Assembly (NCBI GenBank): GCA_049972095.1
Contig: JBMFKQ010000034.1
Span: 1-16,462, forward strand
Reading direction: 5' to 3'
DNA length: 16,462 nucleotides
DNA from: Elusimicrobiales bacterium
GTDB lineage: Bacteria; Elusimicrobiota; Elusimicrobia; Elusimicrobiales; UBA9959
In this document: positions 1-7,383 of the stretch, piece by piece
Layout: each line of letters begins with the position of its first letter
How positions within the stretch are numbered: position 1 is the first letter of the stretch
The notes under the pieces: generated by a model
The model's input: the letters and a program-made list of their open reading frames with translations, nothing else
Databases searched by the model: none
What the model was told of the DNA's origin: nothing
Program-made: the position numbers and the translations under genes

Positions 1-1
1 C

Positions 2-178
2 ATATCAGCTAAGATATACATATCAACCGACAAAAGGGTAAAAGGTGAAGAGGATATTAATGCTGACTATTCTATAAACCCTAATGAACAATTTAATAAC
101 ACATTAAACGAGATAACAACAGAGAGAAAGATTTACATATCCATCTACATTGAGGGATTAAAATTCTGTCTACAATAA
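2..178 (+). CDS. 3' end of a plus-strand hypothetical protein, truncated by the window edge (ISAKIYISTDKRVKGEED...IYIEGLKFCLQ*)
   Basis: Frame is open from base 2 to TAA at 176-178 (58 codons). Codon choice (ATA, AAG, GAG, AGA) resembles the real genes here. It converges on the 207-497 gene. Not in the ORF track. Confidence 0.6.
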   Translation: MSAKIYISTDKRVKGEEDINADYSINPNEQFNNTLNEITTERKIYISIYIEGLKFCLQ

Positions 179-206
179 TGATCTTTATCCAACAGGATTT
201 GGTATA

Positions 207-497
207 TCAGTCAAGATCCATTGGATTTAATGGAGGATTTGGGTCATCCTTTGCTTTCTTTTTATTCTCTTCAAATTTCTTTTCAAGCTCTTCTTTTCTC
301 TTTTTAATCTCCTCAGGGGCTTTGGAAAAGTAATCATCAAGCCTTTTTTTATTCTCTTGGCTCTTTTTTATCATATCTAAAAATGCATCAGCACTTTTTA
401 CATCTGGCTTTGGATAGCTATTAATTATCTTTCCTGTTTTTCTATCTATCTCAAGTCTTATCCCACATTCAGGACATTCTATTATGAAACTGTCCAT
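207..497 (-). CDS. Small hypothetical protein with an N-terminal CxxC (CPEC) knuckle and a charged coiled-coil C-terminus
   Basis: 96-aa ORF with ATG start, 19 bp downstream of rtcB. Contains IECPECG, a K/E-rich helical region and a Pro-rich tail ending NPMDLD. Confidence 0.8.
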   Translation of the reverse strand: MDSFIIECPECGIRLEIDRKTGKIINSYPKPDVKSADAFLDMIKKSQENKKRLDDYFSKAPEEIKKRKEELEKKFEENKKKAKDDPNPPLNPMDLD

Positions 498-516
498 AGT
501 ACTATCTTACAAAAAA

Positions 517-1950
517 CTATCCTTTTATAACACACAGAGGTTTTAATCTTGCAACCTTCTTTGATATAAGAGCTCTATCAACCACATCAACAACCCTGCT
601 TACATCCTTGTAAGCATCAGGGATTTCTTCTGCAAGGGTTGCTTTTGAATTTGCCATAACACTTATCCCTTTTTCTTCAAGCTCTTTTCTTATATCCCTT
701 CCCTTAGAGCTCTCTATAGCCTTTGTCCTTGAAAGAAGTCTTCCAGCCCCATGACAGCTTGAGGCAAAGCTCTTTTCAACTGCTGTTTCAAGCCCTACTA
801 AAACATATGAATATCTGCCCATATCGCCTGGTATTATTACAGGCTGGCCAAACTCTCTATAATCATCTGGTATATCCAAGCTTCCACCAGCAAACGCACG
901 GGTTGCCCCCTTTCTATGAACCACAACCCTTCTTATTACACCACCAACAGGATGTTCTTCTATTTTAGCTATATTGTGAGCAACATCATATACTGTGCGA
1001 AGTGAAAGTGATGACTTTGAAATTGACAATGCAGATAAAAGTGCTTTCTCTGTAAGATGCTTTAAAATCTGTCTGTTTGCCCATGCGAAATTTGCAGCAG
1101 AACACATAGCATCAAAATATCTCTGCCCCTCATCAGATCTAAAAGGAGCACATGCAAGCTCTCTGTCATAAAGTTTTATCCCATATTTTTCACTTGCCTT
1201 AAGCATAATGGAGGTGTATTCTGTTGCTATCTGATGTCCAAACCCCCTTGAACCTGTATGTATCATAACACACACCATACCCTTTTCAAGCCCAAAACCA
1301 TAAGCAACCTTTTCATCATAGAGCTCATCAACAAATGAAACCTCAACAAAATGATTTCCACTTCCAAGAGTGCCAAGCTGATTTTCACCCCTTTCTTTTG
1401 CTTTTCTGCTAACACCATATCCTTCACACAAAACACTTCCTTTTGACTCAATAAATTTAAGATCCTCTTCAGTTCCAAAGCCATTTTCACAAGACCATCT
1501 TGCACCCTTTTTTATAACCTGTCTCCAATCAGAATCCGAAAGTTTTATATAACCCTCGCTACCAACACCAAGTGGTATATTTCTGTAAAGATGAGATGTT
1601 ATGTCTTTTTTTTTCTTTTCAATATCTGAAATTCTAAGCGATGTAGCAAGAAGTCTTACACCACAGTTTATATCATATCCTATTCCCCCAGGTGATATTA
1701 TGCCGTTGTCAATATCAAATGCTGCAACGCCACCTATTGGAAAACCATAACCTTTATGTATATCAGGCATTACAATAACCCTACCAGCCACACCAGGCAG
1801 TGTCGCAACATTTAAAGCTTGGATAAGCGCTTGGTTTTCAATACCTTTCTCTATCTCCTCATCCGCATATATAACAACATCTGTTTTCATACCATTTTTA
1901 TGATCTTTGTCTATTAAAATTGTAAACGGGTCAACCCTTCTAATAGCCAT
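517..1950 (-). CDS. rtcB: RtcB-family RNA 3'-phosphate/5'-OH ligase (long, archease-associated type)
   Basis: Motifs PDIHKGYGFPIGG, GYDINCGVR, GTLGSGNHFVE, IHTGSRG, YDVAHN, HRKGAT, PGDMG and HGAGR (the guanylylated His). SD GGGAGGA just upstream (plus strand tcctccc, 1953-1959). Confidence 0.97.
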   Translation of the reverse strand: MAIRRVDPFTILIDKDHKNGMKTDVVIYADEEIEKGIENQALIQALNVATLPGVAGRVIVMPDIHKGYGFPIGGVAAFDIDNGIISPGGIGYDINCGVRLLATSLRISDIEKKKKDITSHLYRNIPLGVGSEGYIKLSDSDWRQVIKKGARWSCENGFGTEEDLKFIESKGSVLCEGYGVSRKAKERGENQLGTLGSGNHFVEVSFVDELYDEKVAYGFGLEKGMVCVMIHTGSRGFGHQIATEYTSIMLKASEKYGIKLYDRELACAPFRSDEGQRYFDAMCSAANFAWANRQILKHLTEKALLSALSISKSSLSLRTVYDVAHNIAKIEEHPVGGVIRRVVVHRKGATRAFAGGSLDIPDDYREFGQPVIIPGDMGRYSYVLVGLETAVEKSFASSCHGAGRLLSRTKAIESSKGRDIRKELEEKGISVMANSKATLAEEIPDAYKDVSRVVDVVDRALISKKVARLKPLCVIKG

Positions 1951-1961
1951 AGTCCTCCCAA

Positions 1962-2366
1962 TTATACATCTATTATCATCTCAAGATGTATCCTTTTATC
2001 CTCCTTTTTCATAACAAGATTATGAAAGGTTGCAGCTTTAAGTAATCTAATAACATATTCTTTTTTAATAATAAAACCATCAAGTAATGCATCAACTCTA
2101 TTATTATATACATCAAACCTTCCACTAACAGGCATAAAAGCATAAACATCAAAAAGGTATATAAGCTCATTCATATAATCAACCACAAGCAACTCTTCAC
2201 TTTGTGATTCAAGAAAAATCTTTTTTTTCTCAGATGCCTCATTAGAATAATCTCCTGCAATTATCTTTCTGAACGACAGCGTAAGAAGATGAAAGATCTC
2301 TTTCATATCCAAGGCATCTATATGAATCTCAATATCGTTGTTTAAAAAATACTTAATACTTCCCAT
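1962..2366 (-). CDS. Archease (RtcB activator)
   Basis: 134 aa with E-L-x-x-x-x-x-NELIYLFD, LKAATFH (cf. IKAVTYH) and terminal IIDV. Lies 11 bp upstream of rtcB. Confidence 0.88.
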   Translation of the reverse strand: MGSIKYFLNNDIEIHIDALDMKEIFHLLTLSFRKIIAGDYSNEASEKKKIFLESQSEELLVVDYMNELIYLFDVYAFMPVSGRFDVYNNRVDALLDGFIIKKEYVIRLLKAATFHNLVMKKEDKRIHLEMIIDV

Positions 2367-2401
2367 TCAATCAATATTCATTTATACGTAAATGTTTTTT
2401 G

Positions 2402-3772
2402 TCAGTTATTGAAATCATATCTTGCAGTATATTTTATTACCTCAGTTGAATTTTCTTTCACACTTACATCAAATTCTATATTGTTTGCATCCTTTTTAGT
2501 ATATCTATGTGTTGAATCAGTGATCTCCCACCTACCCCAAAGATACTCCTTAACCTTCACATCTATCTTTTCCTTCTTGTTATTTCTTATTTTTATCTCA
2601 ATTGTATCCTTATACACATTTGGCATGACTTTTTTGTGATCAACTATCCTTCTTTCCCCCTCAACATCAAAAGCCTTGCCTATCTTTATTTCAACATCTG
2701 AGTTAACAGGTGTGTTTTTTATACTATCCTCTCCTGCAAAGATATTGAATTCAGAACTTTTTTTATATATCCTCACCTTTCCCTCTGGAAGTGGTATATC
2801 CATTTGGTTTTCCTTGCTGTTCTTAAATCTGAAGATGACAGCAAGCTTTTTATCAGATCTGTAGTTTAAAATGTTATCATAAAAATACCAGTTATCAATT
2901 TGACCCTTGTAAACATAATATTTATTAAATCTCACACCCTTCCTCGAAAAAAGTTCATAGGATAGACTATCACCACTTTTAATCTCAAGATTATCTCCTG
3001 GAAGCCTATAAGAATAATAATCAATAACCTCATCAGGTTTAATCTCCATAGACTCAAAATCAGCCTTAGCCTCAGCTAAAGGCGCTGCCATAGCCTTAAA
3101 CACAGGGACATAATCAGCGTCCTTATTAACGCTTCCTGCAAGAAGGATGACAGATGCGTTTTTAAAATCATAACCTGTTGAGTTGTTTATATTAACCTTT
3201 GCTATCATATCAAGTGTTTTTTCATCCTCATCAATATAAGCATCATATGTGCATATCCAATTAAGCGAATTAACCATATATCTGGCCTCAAAAGAACAAT
3301 TATCCAGCAAGTCAGGTTTTGTAAAAACCCTTAAAGTTGCAGAGTTGCTAAGTTTATAAAAATACTCCTTTTCATCAAAGGAACCATAATTGATATACTT
3401 CACATACTTTTTGTTTAATGCAAGATAATCCCCTTTCTCATCAACAACCACACATGGATCTCCATCCTTTTTAAGCACCCCTTTTATAACTGTGTTGTCC
3501 TCGGTTAAAATCTCAACATTCCTTTTAAGATAACCTTCATCATCACTTCTATATACATAAGAATTAACTCTAAAACCCTTTGGCATCAAAATAGATATAC
3601 TGTCAGAAACAACTGTCTTTGGCATACCATAAATAACAATCTCACCATTTTTTGGGCATTTAGATTCGTATCTTTGACTAACTATGGAAAAATTATTATT
3701 ATAGACTGTAAGATATGTTTTCTTTACCTCCCAAGCATTCAAAAAAAGCACTGCCATCACAATAAAACTCAT
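2402..3772 (-). CDS. Exported DUF4139-like protein
   Basis: Hydrophobic N-terminus followed by LTVYNNNF, Y-x-x-x-x-LNW-x-x-x-Y, NNSTGYDF, PLPEGKVRIY and GEDSIKNTP. The start is more likely the ATG at 3772, which has SD GGAGG at 3777-3781, than the TTG at 3787 used by the ORF track. Confidence 0.8.
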   Translation of the reverse strand: MSFIVMAVLFLNAWEVKKTYLTVYNNNFSIVSQRYESKCPKNGEIVIYGMPKTVVSDSISILMPKGFRVNSYVYRSDDEGYLKRNVEILTEDNTVIKGVLKKDGDPCVVVDEKGDYLALNKKYVKYINYGSFDEKEYFYKLSNSATLRVFTKPDLLDNCSFEARYMVNSLNWICTYDAYIDEDEKTLDMIAKVNINNSTGYDFKNASVILLAGSVNKDADYVPVFKAMAAPLAEAKADFESMEIKPDEVIDYYSYRLPGDNLEIKSGDSLSYELFSRKGVRFNKYYVYKGQIDNWYFYDNILNYRSDKKLAVIFRFKNSKENQMDIPLPEGKVRIYKKSSEFNIFAGEDSIKNTPVNSDVEIKIGKAFDVEGERRIVDHKKVMPNVYKDTIEIKIRNNKKEKIDVKVKEYLWGRWEITDSTHRYTKKDANNIEFDVSVKENSTEVIKYTARYDFNN

Positions 3773-3809
3773 AAAACCTCCTATCAACTAAATCTTGTTA
3801 TCTAATCTG

Positions 3810-3837
3810 ATTATATAAAATTTTAACTGTTTTTCAA
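3810..3837 (-). promoter_or_regulatory. Putative sigma70 promoter for the DUF4139-archease-rtcB unit
   Basis: Minus strand TTGAAA (3832-3837), 16-nt spacer, TATAAT (3810-3815). Overlaps the last codons of the FtsH-like gene. Confidence 0.55.
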
Positions 3838-5451
3838 GTTTACAAGAGGTTTTTTACCATGTTTTTTAAAAACCTCAACAATCTCATCATACTCAAGCTC
3901 ATCTTTTTGAAGAAGAAGACTAACAAACTCCTCAACTATATGCCAGTTCTCTCTTAAGATTTTCTCAGCATTCTTCTTTTCATTATCTATTATCCTATGC
4001 ATCTCTTCATTTAGTTTTGTTACAAACTGCTGGGATATATGTTCTTGAGGAATCTTTGAAAAATCTGCAACGAAACCATCACTTCCCATTCCAAAACGCC
4101 ACACCATCGCATGAACTATCTTTGTAACCTCGCTAAGATCTACACTTACACCATCGCTTGTTGTGGAATATCTTATCATCTCACTAGCATAGCCTCCGAG
4201 TGAAACCCTTATCCCTGCAAGGAGTGTTTCTTTATCCTGAAGATAAAACTCATCCCTTGGCATTGAATGCACAACCCCAAGAACTCCACCACGATTGAGT
4301 ATTGAAACCTTAAAAACATCACGCGTTGGATGTGTAAGGTAAAGAATAACAAGATGCCCTACCTCATGATAAGCAGTCATCTCCCTTTCTTTCTCCGTCA
4401 TAACAACCCTATGTGCAAAACCAAGCTCTATTCTTTCAATCGCGCTTGTTATATCAGAATAATCAATAACATATTTATTCCTCCTTGCTGCAATTAACGC
4501 TGCTTCTTTAACTATATTTTCTATCTCAGCTGGAGTCTTATAAACCGTTTTTCTCGCAAGCCTTGAGATATCAATAGAGTGATCATACTTTACCTTGCTT
4601 AGATAGTATTCAAACAGTTTTTCTCTTTCATAAAGATTTGGTTTTCCTATGAAAATTTTTCTATCAAACCTCCCCGGTCTTAATAAAGCCTCATCAAGTA
4701 TCTCCTCAAGCGCATTTGTTGCCCCAAAAACTACCACATTTGCATCATCATCACTAAGCCCATCCATCTCAACAAGAAGCTGGTTCTGTGTTGAGTTCGT
4801 CTCCGCCCCACCACCAAATGCATCGTATAGTATTCTTCTTCTTCCTATAACCTCAAGCTCATCTATAAAAACTATACAAGCCCCATATATCTGCGCAAGA
4901 TATCTTGCCTCAGAAAAAAGCTTTCTAACCCTTGAAGCACCAACCCCAACGAAAACCTCCACAAACTCAGAGCCAGCAACAGAAATGAAAGGAACATCAG
5001 CCTCAGTTGCTATCGCCTTTGCAAGCAGTGTCTTCCCGCATCCAGGAGGGCCTATAAGAAGAACACCTTTTATTATCTTTCCACCTATACTTTTTAGTCT
5101 CTTTCTGTCTTTTATAAGCTGAACAACCTCCCAGGCCTCTCTTTTTGCCTGTTCAAGCCCTATTATATCTGAAAACCTCACATTTACTTTTTGAGATTTT
5201 ATCCTTGCTTTTTTGAATCTTGAAAAACCACCACCATAGTTAAGAAAATATAGAAGACCAACAAAAATAAGTGTCTGTATAACCATCCAAGGCATTGAAG
5301 CAACATTAACCCCAACTATATACCTTCTTGTATTTGGCTCAAGATTTGAAAGATAAATCACAGGAAAAACAAAGGATAGAAAGGCAAGGACAATAACAGT
5401 TATAAGTAGCCAGTTCTTTTTCAAAAAGAGCTTGATCTTAAACCACAACAT
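3823..5451 (-). CDS. FtsH-like membrane AAA+ ATPase / M41 zinc metalloprotease (divergent paralog with a short inter-TM loop)
   Basis: Two N-terminal hydrophobic helices, Walker A GPPGCGKT, pore loop FVG, Walker B IVFIDE, NQLLVEMDG, SRH ALLRPGRFDR and zinc motif AYHEVGH. Probable third zinc ligand in GVSVDL. Confidence 0.92.
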   Translation of the reverse strand: MLWFKIKLFLKKNWLLITVIVLAFLSFVFPVIYLSNLEPNTRRYIVGVNVASMPWMVIQTLIFVGLLYFLNYGGGFSRFKKARIKSQKVNVRFSDIIGLEQAKREAWEVVQLIKDRKRLKSIGGKIIKGVLLIGPPGCGKTLLAKAIATEADVPFISVAGSEFVEVFVGVGASRVRKLFSEARYLAQIYGACIVFIDELEVIGRRRILYDAFGGGAETNSTQNQLLVEMDGLSDDDANVVVFGATNALEEILDEALLRPGRFDRKIFIGKPNLYEREKLFEYYLSKVKYDHSIDISRLARKTVYKTPAEIENIVKEAALIAARRNKYVIDYSDITSAIERIELGFAHRVVMTEKEREMTAYHEVGHLVILYLTHPTRDVFKVSILNRGGVLGVVHSMPRDEFYLQDKETLLAGIRVSLGGYASEMIRYSTTSDGVSVDLSEVTKIVHAMVWRFGMGSDGFVADFSKIPQEHISQQFVTKLNEEMHRIIDNEKKNAEKILRENWHIVEEFVSLLLQKDELEYDEIVEVFKKHGKKPLVNLKNS

Positions 5452-5455
5452 ATTA

Positions 5456-6013
5456 TCACTGTTGAAGACCCGGAAGAATAAATGCTATGGGCCTGTCTCT
5501 GTTTGGAACATACTTAATAACCTCAAGCGCCTTCCCCGTTGTGCATATATAATCATAGCCTGCATAGCAGTAATTATTTTGAAACCTATCTACACAAACA
5601 GCCTGCTTGGGATATTTACATAAAAGCTTTATACCGGCTGGATTTGTATAAACCCTTATAGTCACAACATTCCAAACCATAGTCCTTACAATCTCAAGCT
5701 CAAGCCCATTATCTTTAAGATTCAAAAACCTTTTGATCGGGGTTGAATTAAAACCAATATAATCTGCAACCTTCTCCTTTATATCCTTTTTGAGCCAGGA
5801 CTCATCCCATGATTGAGCATATTTAACATTGAGATGTGATTCAAGCTGCCATCTTCTTGCAGCATAATATGCTGCTATCTCCATCTTTTGAACAAGAACA
5901 AGAAGTGCAAATATCTTTGCTATAAAAAACATCACTATCATAAAAACTGGGAAAAGCAAAACAACCTCTGTCATTGCCTGAGAGATTCTCTTCTTGCAAA
6001 AAAAATCTTTCAT
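5456..6013 (-). CDS. TadE-like pseudopilin (class III signal peptide)
   Basis: KKRIS|QAMTEVVLLFP: basic leader, Gln+1, Glu+5, a hydrophobic helix, then AAYYAARR (cf. TadE AAREGAR). Four Cys in the C-terminal region. Confidence 0.8.
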   Translation of the reverse strand: MKDFFCKKRISQAMTEVVLLFPVFMIVMFFIAKIFALLVLVQKMEIAAYYAARRWQLESHLNVKYAQSWDESWLKKDIKEKVADYIGFNSTPIKRFLNLKDNGLELEIVRTMVWNVVTIRVYTNPAGIKLLCKYPKQAVCVDRFQNNYCYAGYDYICTTGKALEVIKYVPNRDRPIAFILPGLQQ

Positions 6014-6029
6014 AAACCTTCCTCAAAAA

Positions 6030-7154
6030 CTATGGGTAAAGCCTTGTCTGATACTTTGGTGTAGGATTTGGCCAGACACAGTTATTCATACTATAAAGAT
6101 CAGGACATTGAGTTGTTATCTTTGCATGAACACACGGATGTCTCTCATCAGCACACTCCTTCCAGCTCTTTGCATCAAAATTAATATTGAAATAATTATT
6201 TCCAACATCAACAGGATGATAAAGTTCATAACCAAGCCCACTCTGTCTTAAAAGAGATGGCTCTACAGTGGTTAGCTGGAAAAGACCTGGCTCAGGAAAC
6301 TCAACAGGTGGCTCAGTTCTTGCAATCTCATAGGGTGGAAGCCCTCCTAAACGATACTTTGCCCACCACTTCATCCTCTTTACATAATGCAGTTTAACAT
6401 CGCTGTCCCTTTGCCACTTTCTTAAGCCCGAACCACTAAGAGCCTCATCTCCACATGTCTCAGGATAATCCTGACATTTTTTTGTAGCAGCATTGAGATA
6501 AAAAGATTTTCTAAAAAAACTCATCTTCTCAGTCAGCCTCTGAAAAACAGCAAACTGTGCTTCCTCCACTGTTCCAAGTGTCAAATAAACCTGAGCATAG
6601 AATTTATAATAGTTTAACGAAGGATCCCAGAATATATATATTCTTTGAGCCTGCTTTGGATTTATAAAAATTAGTTCATCGGGAAAACTTGGATTTGATG
6701 TGTTAAGATTCTGAGGTCTTGGATTTTCAACAAGCTCTGTAGGTTGTTGATTATATTCTATCTCCCACTTACCAGCATTATCAAAATGGGAGGATGGAGG
6801 AGGCTGCCCTATAACATCATCTTTCCAACTAGGAAAAACTCCTTGTTCCCAAAACATTGTATAAGGGCATACCATTCCTCTATCATCTGTTCTTTGAAGG
6901 AAGTCTTGAGAAGTTCTACAGTCCCACTCCTCTTTAAATATTCTGTAAGGAAAGGCTCCGTTAACATAGGCAGTTCTATTTAAAAAATTTGTATAGTCCT
7001 GCATCTGAACAAAGGCTGCTGAATCAAGAGCAAATTGAGTTCTTATTTTTTCCCTTGATATCTTTGTTGTTTCATAAAGAAGATAGATGAATATTATCAG
7101 AGATGGTATAACAAGAACAGAGGGAAGTAAAAGCTGTGCTTTTCTTCTATTCAT
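6030..7154 (-). CDS. TadG/Tad-domain-like large pseudopilin (possible tip subunit or adhesin)
   Basis: MNRRKA|QLLLPSVLV hydrophobic helix followed by TQFALDSAAF (cf. the Tad-domain Q-x-A-x-D-x-AA motif). No Glu+5. Eight Cys in the soluble domain. Confidence 0.72.
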   Translation of the reverse strand: MNRRKAQLLLPSVLVIPSLIIFIYLLYETTKISREKIRTQFALDSAAFVQMQDYTNFLNRTAYVNGAFPYRIFKEEWDCRTSQDFLQRTDDRGMVCPYTMFWEQGVFPSWKDDVIGQPPPSSHFDNAGKWEIEYNQQPTELVENPRPQNLNTSNPSFPDELIFINPKQAQRIYIFWDPSLNYYKFYAQVYLTLGTVEEAQFAVFQRLTEKMSFFRKSFYLNAATKKCQDYPETCGDEALSGSGLRKWQRDSDVKLHYVKRMKWWAKYRLGGLPPYEIARTEPPVEFPEPGLFQLTTVEPSLLRQSGLGYELYHPVDVGNNYFNINFDAKSWKECADERHPCVHAKITTQCPDLYSMNNCVWPNPTPKYQTRLYP

Positions 7155-7159
7155 AATTG

Positions 7160-7330
7160 CTACTTTGGAGTTCCTGCCCCAAGAATAAGCCCAACTATAG
7201 TAAAAAAAACACCTATGATCTTTTTGTAAAAAAGAACAAAAAATATAAGCGCACCACCCGCTATTGTTGCAAGCAAAAGGAGATATTCAACAGTGGTTTG
7301 AGCTTTTTTAAACTGAGTAAATCCCTTCAT
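7160..7330 (-). CDS. Flp-like / class III prepilin, 56 aa (MKGFTQFKKA|QTTVEYLLLLATIAGGALIFFVLFYKKIIGVFFTIVGLILGAGTPK)
   Basis: Translated by hand from ATG at 7330 to TAG at 7160-7162. Basic leader, Gln+1, Glu+5-Tyr+6 (the Flp EY motif) and a hydrophobic helix. Ends 5 bp before the Tad-like gene. Absent from the ORF track. Confidence 0.88.
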   Translation of the reverse strand: MKGFTQFKKAQTTVEYLLLLATIAGGALIFFVLFYKKIIGVFFTIVGLILGAGTPK

Positions 7331-7336
7331 AATTAT

Positions 7337-7365
7337 TTTATAGCACTAATTTTATGATTTTTCAA
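7337..7365 (-). promoter_or_regulatory. Putative sigma70 promoter of the pilin operon, probably leaderless
   Basis: TTGAAA (7360-7365), 17-nt spacer ending TGC, TATAAA (7337-7342), then 6 nt and the ATG. No SD sequence. Confidence 0.6.
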
Positions 7366-7383
7366 TAGAAAGTTTACTGATTT

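Noticed and set aside
179..206. Possible bidirectional terminator at the convergent gene junction
   Set aside because: Only a 4-bp stem (ATCC/GGAT) and no proper U tracts.
2379..2400. Inverted repeat CATTTA-TACG-TAAATG followed by a T run between archease and the DUF4139 gene
   Set aside because: The stem is very AT-rich and weak, and the T tract is on the plus strand, opposite to transcription. Not a credible terminator.
3773..3787. TTG start at 3787 for the DUF4139-like gene
   Set aside because: The extension contains the GGAGG SD correctly spaced for the ATG at 3772.
7160..7330. Conductive e-pilin interpretation from the high aromatic content of the short pilin
   Set aside because: It is Flp-like rather than type IVa, there are no cytochrome genes in the window, and aromatic content alone is not diagnostic.
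7157..7357. Plus-strand 66-aa ORF in the track
   Set aside because: It is the antisense shadow of the Flp-like prepilin at 7160-7330, which has a clear motif and operon context.
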